Origin: Eledone cirrhosa
Lineage: Eukaryota
Assembly (NCBI GenBank): GCA_964016885.1
Contig: OZ024741.1
Coordinates: 211,048,001-211,112,000 of the forward strand
Direction of reading: 5' to 3'
Length of the DNA: 64,000 bases
Every line of letters starts with the position of its first letter. The stretch's first letter is position 1. Shown here one piece after another: positions 54,401 to 64,000 of this stretch. The notes beneath the pieces are model-generated. The model worked only from the letters and a program-made list of their open reading frames with translations. It was not told where the DNA came from and searched no databases. The translations under genes were made by a program, and so were the position numbers.

Positions 54401-57400
54401 AGCCACAGTCCACCTATCTCAGCCACAGTCCACTGTCTCAGCCACAATCCACCTATCTCAGTCTCAGTCCACTGTCTCAGCCACAGTCCACTGTCTCAGT
54501 CTCAGTCCACCTATCTCAGCCACAGTCCACTGTCTCAGCCTCAGTCCACTGTCTCAGCCACAGTCCACTGTCTCAGCATCAGTCCACCTACCTCAGCCTC
54601 AGTCCACTGTCTCAGTCTCAGTCCACCTATCTCAGCCACAGTCCACCTATCTCAGCCACAGTCCACTGTCTCAGCCACAGTCCACTGTCTCAGCCTCAGT
54701 CCACCTATCTCAGCCACAGTCCACCTATCTCAGCCACAGTCCACTGTCTCAGCCACAGTCCATTGTCTCAGCCTCAGTCCACCGTCTCAGCCTCAGTACA
54801 CCTATCTCAGCCACAGTCCACTGTCTCAGCCACAATCCACCTATCTCAGCCAGAGTCCACCGTCTCAGCCACAGTCCACTGTCTCAGCCACAGTCCACTG
54901 TCTCAGTCTCAGTCCACTGTCTCAGCCTCAGTCCACTGTCTTAGCCTCAGTCCACCTATCTCAGTCTCAGTCCACTGTCTCAGCCACAGTCCACTGTCTC
55001 TATCTCGGTCCACCTATCTCAGCCACAGTCCACTGTCTCAGCCACAGTCCACTGTCTCAGCCACAGTCCACTGTCTCAGCTACAGTCCACTGTCTCAGCC
55101 ACAGTCCACTGTCTCAGCCTCAGTCCACTGTCTCAGCCACAGTCCACTTATCTCAGCCTCAGTCCACTGTCTCAGTCTCAGTCCACCTATCTCAGCGACA
55201 GTCCACTTATCTCAGCCACAGTCCACTGTCTCAGCCTCAGTCCACTGTCTCAGCCACAGTCCACTTATCTCAGTCTCAGTCCACTGTCTCAGCCACAGTC
55301 CACTGTCTCATCCTCAGTCCACCTATCTCAGCCACAGTCCACAGTCTCAGCCTCAGTCCACCTACCTCAGCCTCAGTCCACCTATCTCAGCCACAGTCCA
55401 CGTATCTCAGCCACAGTCCACTGTCTCAGCCACAGTCCACTGTCTCAGCCACAGTCCACTGTCTCAGCCTCAGTCCACTGTCTCAGCCACAGTCCACCTA
55501 TCTCAGCCACAGTCCACTGTCTCAGCCTCAGTCCACTGTCTCAGCCACAGTCCACCTATCTCAGCCACAGTCCACTGTCTCAGCCACAGTCCACCGTCTC
55601 AGCCACAGTCCACTGTCTCAGCCTCAGTCCACTGTCTCAGTCTCAGTCCACCTATCTCAGCCACAGTCCACTGTCTCAGCCTCAGTCCACCTATCTCAGC
55701 CACAGTCCACTGTCTCAGCCACAGTCCACTGTCTCAGCCACAGTCCACTGTCTCAGCCTCAGTCCACTGTCTCAGTCTCAGTCCACCTATCTCAGCCACA
55801 GTCCACTGTCTCAGCCACAGTCCACTGTCTCAGCATCAGTCCACCTATCTCAGCCTCAGTCCACTGTCTCAGTCTCAGTCCACCTATCTCAGCCACAGTC
55901 CACCTATCTCAGCCACAGTCCACTGTCTCAGCCGCAGTCCACTGTCTCAGCCACAGTCCACTGTCTCAGCATCAGTCCACCTATCTCAGCCTCAGTCCAC
56001 TGTCTCAGTCTCAGTCCACCTATCTCAGCCACAGTCCACCTATCTCAGCCACAGTCCACTGTCTCAGCCACAATCCACCTATCTCAGTCTCAGTCCACTG
56101 TCTCAGCCACAGTCCACTGTCTCAGTCTCAGTCCACCTATCTCAGCCACAGTCCGCTGTCTCAGCCTCAGTCCACTGTCTCAGCCACAGTCCACTGTCTC
56201 AGCATCAGTCCACCTACCTCAGCCTCAGTCCACTGTCTCAGTCTCAGTCCACCTATCTCAGCCACAGTCCACTGTCTCAGCCTCAGTCCACTGTCTCAGC
56301 CACAGTCCACTGTCTCAGCATCAGTCCACCTACCTCAGCCTCAGTCCACTGTCTCAGCCACAGTCCACTTATCTCAGCCAGAGTCCACTGTCTCAGCCAC
56401 AGTCCACTGTCTCAGTCTCAGTCCACCTATCTCAGTCTCAGTCCACCTATCTCAGTCTCAGTCCACTGTCTCAGCCACAGTCCACTGTCTCAGCCTCAGT
56501 CCACCTATCTCAGCCTCAGTCCACTGTCTCAGCCACAGTCCACTTATCTCAGCCTCAGTCCACTGTCTCAGTCTCAGTCCACCTACCTCAGACACAGTCC
56601 ACCGTCTCAGCCACAGTCCACTGTCTCAGCCTCAGTCCACCTATCTCAGCCTCAGTCCACCTATCTCAGCCTCAGTCCACCGTCTCAGCCACAGTCCACT
56701 GTCTCAGCCTCAGTCCACCTATCTCAGTCTCAGTCCACTGTCTCAGCCACAGTCCACTGTCTCAGTCTCAGTCCACTGTCTCAGCCTCAGTCCACTGTCT
56801 CAGTCTCAGTCCACCTATCTCAGCCACAGTCCACTGTCTCAGCCTCAGTCCACCTATCTCAGCCACAGTCCACTGTCTCAGCCACAGTCCACTGTCTCAG
56901 CCACAGTCCACTGTCTCAGCCTCAGTCCACTGTCTCAGTCTTAGTCCACTGTCTCAGCCACAGTCCACCTATCTCAGCCACAGTCCACCTATCTCAGCCA
57001 CAGACCACTTATCTCAGTCTCAGTCCACCTATCTCAGTCTCAGTCCACTGTCTCAGCCTCAGTCCACCTATCTCAGTCACAGTCCACCTATCTCAGTCTC
57101 AGTCCACTGTCTCAGCCACAGACCACTTATCTCAGTCTCAGTCCACCTATCTCAGTCTCAGTCCACCTATCTCAGCCTCAGTCCACCTATCTCAGCCACA
57201 GTCCACCTATCTCAGCCACAGTCCACTGTCTCATCCTCAGTCAACCTATCTCAGCCACAGTCCACAGTCTCAGCCTCAGTCCACCTATGTCAGCCACAGT
57301 CTCACTGCCTCAGCCTCAGTCGACTCTCTCAACCACAGTCCACTTATCTCAGTCTCAGTCCACTGTCTCAGCCACAGTCCACTGTCTCAGCCTCAGTCCA

Positions 57401-60400
57401 CTGTCTCAGCCTCAGTCCACCTATCTCAGCCACAGTCCACCTATCTCAGCCACAGTCCACTGTCTCAGCCTCAGTCCACCTATCTCAGCCACAGTCCACC
57501 TATCTCAGTCTCAGTCCACCTACCTCAGCCTCAGTCCACCTATCTCAGCCACAGTCCACGTATCTCAGCCACAGTCCACTATCTCAGCCTCAGTCCACTG
57601 TATCAGTCTCAGTCCGCAGTCTCAGCCACAGTCCACTGTCTCAGCCACAGTCCACCTATCTCAGCCACAGTCCACTGTCTCAGCCTCAGTCCACCTATCT
57701 CAGCCACAGTCCACCTATCTCAGCCACAGTCCACTGTCTCAGCCTCAGTCCACCTATCTCAGCCACAGTCCACCTATCTCAGCCACAGTCCACTGTCTCA
57801 GCCACAGTCCATTGTCTCAGCCTCAGTCCGCTGTCTCAGCCTCAGTACACCTATATGAGCCACAGTCCACTGTCTCAGCCTCAGTCCACCTATCTCAGCC
57901 ACAGTCCACCTATCTCAGCCACAGTCCACTGTCTCAGCCACAGTCCACTGTCTCAGCCTCAGTCCACTGTCTCAGCCTCAGTCCACCTATCTCAGCCACA
58001 GTCCACTGTCTCAGCCACAGTCCACTGTCTCAGCCTCAGTTCACCGTCTCAGCCACAGTCCACTGTCTCAGCTACAGTCCACTGTCTGAGCCACAGTCCA
58101 TTGTCTCAGCCTCAGTCCACTGTCTCAGCCTCAGTACACCTATCTCAGCCACAGTCCACTGTCTCAGCCTCAGTCCACCTATCTCAGCCACAGTCCACCT
58201 ATCTCAGCCACAGTCCACTGTCTCAGCCACAGTCCATTGTCTCAGCCTCAGTCCCCTGTCTCATCCTCAGTACACCTATCTAAGCCACAGTCCACTGTCT
58301 CAGCCTCAGTCCACCTATCTCAGCCACAGTCCACCTATCTCAGCCACAGTCCACTGTCTCAGCCACAGTCCATTGTCTCAGCCTCAGTCCACCGTCTCAG
58401 CCTCAGTACACCTATCTCAGCCACAGTCCACTGTCTCAGCCACAATCCACCTATCTCAGCCAGAGTCCACCGTCTCAGCCACAGTCCACTGTCTCAGCCA
58501 CAGTCCACTGTCTCAGTCTCAGTCCACTGTCTCAGCCTCAGTCCACTGTCTTAGCCTCAGTCCACCTATCTCAGTCTCAGTCCACTGTCTCAGCCACAGT
58601 CCACTGTCTCTATCTCGGTCCACCTATCTCAGCCACAGTCCACTGTCTCAGCCACAGTCCACTGTCTCAGCCACAGTCCACTGTCTCAGCTACAGTCCAC
58701 TGTCTCAGCCACAGTCCACTGTCTCAGCCTCAGTCCACTGTCTCAGCCACAGTCCACTTATCTCAGCCTCAGTCCACTGTCTCAGTCTCAGTCCACCTAT
58801 CTCAGCGACAGTCCACTTATCTCAGCCACAGTCCACTGTCTCAGCCTCAGTCCACTGTCTCAGCCACAGTCCACTTATCTCAGTCTCAGTCCACTGTCTC
58901 AGCCACAGTCCACTGTCTCATCCTCAGTCCACCTATCTCAGCCACAGTCCACAGTCTCAGCCTCAGTCCACCTACCTCAGCCTCAGTCCACCTATCTCAG
59001 CCACAGTCCACGTATCTCAGCCACAGTCCACTGTCTCAGCCACAGTCCACTGTCTCAGCCACAGTCCACTGTCTCAGCCTCAGTCCACTGTCTCAGCCAC
59101 AGTCCACCTATCTCAGCCACAGTCCACTGTCTCAGCCTCAGTCCACTGTCTCAGCCACAGTCCACATATCTCAGCCACAGTCCACTGTCTCAGCCACAGT
59201 CCACCGTCTCAGCCACAGTCCACTGTCTCAGCCTCAGTCCACTGTCTCAGTCTCAGTCCACCTATCTCAGCCACACTCCACTGTCTCAGCCTCAGTCCAC
59301 CTATCTCAGCCACAGTCCACTGTCTCAGCCACAGTCCACTGTCTCAGCCACAGTCCACTGTCTCAGCCTCAGTCCACTGTCTCAGTCTCAGTCCACCTAT
59401 CTCAGCCACAGTCCACTGTCTCAGCCACAGTCCACTGTCTCAGCATCAGTCCACCTATCTCAGCCTCAGTCCACTGTCTCAGTCTCAGTCCACCTATCTC
59501 AGCCACAGTCCACCTATCTCAGCCACAGTCCACTGTCTCAGCCGCAGTCCACTGTCTCAGCCACAGTCCACTGTCTCAGCATCAGTCCACCTATCTCAGC
59601 CTCAGTCCACTGTCTCAGTCTCAGTCCACCTATCTCAGCCACAGTCCACCTATCTCAGCCACAGTCCACTGTCTCAGCCACAATCCACCTATCTCAGTCT
59701 CAGTCCACTGTCTCAGCCACAGTCCACTGTCTCAGTCTCAGTCCACCTATCTCAGCCACAGTCCGCTGTCTCAGCCTCAGTCCACTGTCTCAGCCACAGT
59801 CCACTGTCTCAGCATCAGTCCACCTACCTCAGCCTCAGTCCACTGTCTCAGTCTCAGTCCACCTATCTCAGCCACAGTCCACTGTCTCAGCCTCAGTCCA
59901 CTGTCTCAGCCACAGTCCACTGTCTCAGCATCAGTCCACCTACCTCAGCCTCAGTCCACTGTCTCAGCCACAGTCCACTTATCTCAGCCAGAGTCCACTG
60001 TCTCAGCCACAGTCCACTGTCTCAGTCTCAGTCCACCTATCTCAGTCTCAGTCCACCTATCTCAGTCTCAGTCCACTGTCTCAGCCACAGTCCACTGTCT
60101 CAGCCTCAGTCCACCTATCTCAGCCTCAGTCCACTGTCTCAGCCACAGTCCACTTATCTCAGCCTCAGTCCACTGTCTCAGTCTCAGTCCACCTACCTCA
60201 GACACAGTCCACCGTCTCAGCCACAGTCCACTGTCTCAGCCTCAGTCCACCTATCTCAGCCTCAGTCCACCTATCTCAGCCTCAGTCCACCGTCTCAGCC
60301 ACAGTCCACTGTCTCAGCCTCAGTCCACCTATCTCAGTCTCAGTCCACTGTCTCAGCCACAGTCCACTGTCTCAGTCTCAGTCCACTGTCTCAGCCTCAG

Positions 60401-61210
60401 TCCACTGTCTCAGTCTCAGTCCACCTATCTCAGCCACAGTCCACTGTCTCAGCCTCAGTCCACCTACCTCAGCCTCAGTCCACTGTCTCAGCCACAGTCC
60501 ACTTATCTCAGCCAGAGTCCACTGTCTCAGCCACAGTCCACTGTCTCAGTCTCAGTCCACCTATCTCAGTCTCAGTCCACCTATCTCAGTCTCAGTCCAC
60601 TGTCTCAGCCACAGTCCACTGTCTCAGCATCAGTCCACCTATCTCAGCCTCAGTCCACTGTCTCAGTCTCAGTCCACCTATCTCAGCCACAGTCCACCTA
60701 TCTCAGCCACAGTCCACTGTCTCAGCCGCAGTCCACTGTCTCAGCCACAGTCCACTGTCTCAGCATCAGTCCACCTATCTCAGCCTCAGTCCACTGTCTC
60801 AGTCTCAGTCCACCTATCTCAGCCACAGTCCACCTATCTCAGCCACAGTCCACTGTCTCAGCCACAATCCACCTATCTCAGTCTCAGTCCACTGTCTCAG
60901 CCACAGTCCACTGTCTCAGTCTCAGTCCACCTATCTCAGCCACAGTCCACTGTCTCAGCCTCAGTCCACTGTCTCAGCCACAGTCCACTGTCTCAGCATC
61001 AGTCCACCTACCTCAGCCTCAGTCCACTGTCTCAGTCTCAGTCCACCTATCTCAGCCACAGTCCACCTATCTCAGCCACAGTCCACTGTCTCAGCCACAG
61101 TCCACTGTCTCAGCCTCAGTTCACCTATCTCAGTCTCAGTCCACTGTCTCAGCCACAGTCCACTTATCTCAGCCAGAGTCCACTGTCTCAGCCACAGTCC
61201 ACTGTCTCAG
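45650..61210. repeat. Non-adjacent duplication of ~6.25 kb at offset 9309 (~45650-51900 and ~54960-61210)
   Basis: Markers 45688/54997, GTCGAC 48010/57319, CCTATATGAG 48541/57850 and 49298/58607, and ORFs 47978/57287 and 48928/58237. Confidence 0.9.
49165..54700. repeat. Higher-order tandem duplication, period 2927/2889 bp (second copy partial)
   Basis: TCTCTATCTCGG 49298/52225 (2927). GTCCACATAT 49851/52740 and GCCACACTCC 49961/52850 (2889, after a 38-bp two-monomer deletion). Confidence 0.85.
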
Positions 61211-64000
61211 CCTCAGTCCACCTATCTCAGCCACAGTCCACCTATCTCAGCCACAGTCCACTGTCTCAGCCTCAGTCCACCTATCTCAGCCACAGTCCAC
61301 CTATCTCAGCCACAGTCCACTGTCTCAGCCACAGTCCATTGTCTCAGCCTCAGTCCGCTGTCTCAGCCTCAGTACACCTATATGAGCCACAGTCCACTGT
61401 CTCAGCCTCAGTCCACCTATCTCAGCCACAGTCCACCTATCTCAGCCACAGTCCACTGTCTCAGCCACAGTCCACTGTCTCAGCCTCAGTCCACTGTCTC
61501 AGCCTCAGTCCACCTATCTCAGCCACAGTCCACTGTCTCAGCCACAGTCCACTGTCTCAGCCTCAGTTCACCGTCTCAGCCACAGTCCACTGTCTCAGCT
61601 ACAGTCCACTGTCTGAGCCACAGTCCATTGTCTCAGCCTCAGTCCACTGTCTCAGCCTCAGTACACCTATCTCAGCCACAGTCCACTGTCTCAGCCTCAG
61701 TCCACCTATCTCAGCCACAGTCCACCTATCTCAGCCACAGTCCACTGTCTCAGCCACAGTCCATTGTCTCAGCCTCAGTCCCCTGTCTCATCCTCAGTAC
61801 ACCTATCTAAGCCACAGTCCACTGTCTCAGCCTCAGTCCACCTATCTCAGCCACAGTCCACCTATCTCAGCCACAGTCCACTGTCTCAGCCACAGTCCAT
61901 TGTCTCAGCCTCAGTCCACCGTCTCAGCCTCAGTACACCTATCTCAGCCACAGTCCACTGTCTCAGCCACAATCCACCTATCTCAGCCAGAGTCCACCGT
62001 CTCAGCCACAGTCCACTGTCTCAGCCACAGTCCACTGTCTCAGTCTCAGTCCACTGTCTCAGCCTCAGTCCACTGTCTTAGCCTCAGTCCACCTATCTCA
62101 GTCTCAGTCCACTGTCTCAGCCACAGTCCACTGTCTCTATCTCGGTCCACCTATCTCAGCCACAGTCCACTGTCTCAGCCACAGTCCACTGTCTCAGCCA
62201 CAGTCCACTGTCTCAGCTACAGTCCACTGTCTCAGCCACAGTCCACTGTCTCAGCCTCAGTCCACTGTCTCAGCCACAGTCCACTTATCTCAGCCTCAGT
62301 CCACTGTCTCAGTCTCAGTCCACCTATCTCAGCGACAGTCCACTTATCTCAGCCACAGTCCACTGTCTCAGCCTCAGTCCACTGTCTCAGCCACAGTCCA
62401 CTTATCTCAGTCTCAGTCCACTGTCTCAGCCACAGTCCACTGTCTCATCCTCAGTCCACCTATCTCAGCCACAGTCCACAGTCTCAGCCTCAGTCCACCT
62501 ACCTCAGCCTCAGTCCACCTATCTCAGCCACAGTCCACGTATCTCAGCCACAGTCCACTGTCTCAGCCACAGTCCACTGTCTCAGCCACAGTCCACTGTC
62601 TCAGCCTCAGTCCACTGTCTCAGCCACAGTCCACCTATCTCAGCCACAGTCCACTGTCTCAGCCTCAGTCCACTGTCTCAGCCACAGTCCACATATCTCA
62701 GCCACAGTCCACTGTCTCAGCCACAGTCCACCGTCTCAGCCACAGTCCACTGTCTCAGCCTCAGTCCACTGTCTCAGTCTCAGTCCACCTATCTCAGCCA
62801 CACTCCACTGTCTCAGCCTCAGTCCACCTATCTCAGCCACAGTCCACTGTCTCAGCCACAGTCCACTGTCTCAGCCACAGTCCACTGTCTCAGCCTCAGT
62901 CCACTGTCTCAGTCTCAGTCCACCTATCTCAGCCACAGTCCACTGTCTCAGCCACAGTCCACTGTCTCAGCATCAGTCCACCTATCTCAGCCTCAGTCCA
63001 CTGTCTCAGTCTCAGTCCACCTATCTCAGCCACAGTCCACCTATCTCAGCCACAGTCCACTGTCTCAGCCGCAGTCCACTGTCTCAGCCACAGTCCACTG
63101 TCTCAGCATCAGTCCACCTATCTCAGCCTCAGTCCACTGTCTCAGTCTCAGTCCACCTATCTCAGCCACAGTCCACCTATCTCAGCCACAGTCCACTGTC
63201 TCAGCCACAATCCACCTATCTCAGTCTCAGTCCACTGTCTCAGCCACAGTCCACTGTCTCAGTCTTAGTCCACCTATCTCAGCCACAGTCCGCTGTCTCA
63301 GCCTCAGTCCACTGTCTCAGCCACAGTCCACTGTCTCAGCATCAGTCCACCTACCTCAGCCTCAGTCCACTGTCTCAGTCTCAGTCCACCTATCTCAGCC
63401 ACAGTCCACTGTCTCAGCCTCAGTCCACTGTCTCAGCCACAGTCCACTGTCTCAGCATCAGTCCACCTACCTCAGCCTCAGTCCACTGTCTCAGCCACAG
63501 TCCACTTATCTCAGCCAGAGTCCACTGTCTCAGCCACAGTCCACTGTCTCAGTCTCAGTCCACCTATCTCAGTCTCAGTCCACCTATCTCAGTCTCAGTC
63601 CACTGTCTCAGCCACAGTCCACTGTCTCAGCCTCAGTCCACCTATCTCAGCCTCAGTCCACTGTCTCAGCCACAGTCCACTTATCTCAGCCTCAGTCCAC
63701 TGTCTCAGTCTCAGTCCACCTACCTCAGACACAGTCCACCGTCTCAGCCACAGTCCACTGTCTCAGCCTCAGTCCACCTATCTCAGCCTCAGTCCACCTA
63801 TCTCAGCCTCAGTCCACCGTCTCAGCCACAGTCCACTGTCTCAGCCTCAGTCCACCTATCTCAGTCTCAGTCCACTGTCTCAGCCACAGTCCACTGTCTC
63901 AGTCTCAGTCCACTGTCTCAGCCTCAGTCCACTGTCTCAGTCTCAGTCCACCTATCTCAGCCACAGTCCACTGTCTCAGCCTCAGTCCACCTACCTCAGC
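57660..64000. repeat. Higher-order tandem duplication, period 3527 bp, second copy truncated by the window end
   Basis: ORFs 58237/61764, CCTATATGAG 57850/61377 and TCTCTATCTCGG 58607/62134 are all offset 3527. Confidence 0.88.

Larger units (their letters stand above)
1..64000. repeat. Tandem satellite/minisatellite array of 19/20-bp monomers, CAGTCCAC[TG|CTA]TCTCAG[CCA|CCT|TCT], running off both window ends
   Basis: The sequence parses throughout into CAGTCCACTGTCTCAGNNN (19 bp) or CAGTCCACCTATCTCAGNNN (20 bp) units, head-to-tail. No inversion or foreign insert was seen. About 3,300 units (64000/~19.4). Confidence 0.99.

Noticed and set aside
1564-62081. Giant + strand ORFs (105-4857 aa) as mucin-like or adhesin genes
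   Set aside because: They overlap in all three frames with the same peptide words, because 19/20-bp units rotate the frame and the consensus lacks stops. Starts and stops are sporadic point variants (ATG/TTG; TAA, TAG, TGA). There is no unique domain or signal peptide.
1-64000. CRISPR array or other repeat-spacer system
   Set aside because: The variable parts are only 2-3 bp with a few recurring alleles. There are no unique spacers, leader or cas genes.
1-64000. Immunoglobulin switch region (G-rich minus strand with GGCTGAG)
   Set aside because: AGCT palindromes occur only in rare variants, GGGGT/GGGCT motifs are essentially absent, the array is far longer than a switch region and no constant-region exons are present.
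1-64000. Telomerase-synthesised telomere or G-quadruplex array
   Set aside because: The minus-strand consensus has only GG runs and matches no telomere motif I recognise. Exact kb-scale copying of rare variants indicates DNA duplication rather than de novo templated addition.
1-64000. Fixed 39-bp (19+20) dimer preserving a 13-codon frame
   Set aside because: Alternation is only occasional. Runs of several 19-mers or 20-mers are common, so no frame or dimer period is maintained.
1-64000. Synthetic or randomly simulated low-complexity sequence
   Set aside because: Rare variants are inherited in nested blocks with private substitutions and whole-monomer indels, as expected of a naturally evolving array. 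Local misassembly of individual blocks is still possible.

Overview
The entire 64 kb window is one uninterrupted, single-orientation tandem array (satellite or giant minisatellite) of about 3,300 monomers of 19-20 bp, consensus CAGTCCAC[TG|CTA]TCTCAG[CCA|CCT|TCT]. I see no unique sequence, protein-coding gene, RNA gene, transposon or CRISPR spacer. The very long + strand ORFs are artefacts, because the consensus has no stop triplet in any + frame. The information lies in the order of monomer variants. Two hypervariable slots and a set of rare marker variants reveal nested, near-identical kb-scale duplications (offsets 5035/5094, 1734, 2733, 6497 with nested 2177/2157, 1772, 4235, 2927/2889, 9309 and 3527 bp). 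They also show a marker cassette recurring at 17 loci and a left-to-right drift in variant content. A eukaryotic origin is likely but is inference; the organism and any function cannot be determined from this window. Offsets were read from marker positions by eye and block boundaries are approximate (about 1-2 monomers).
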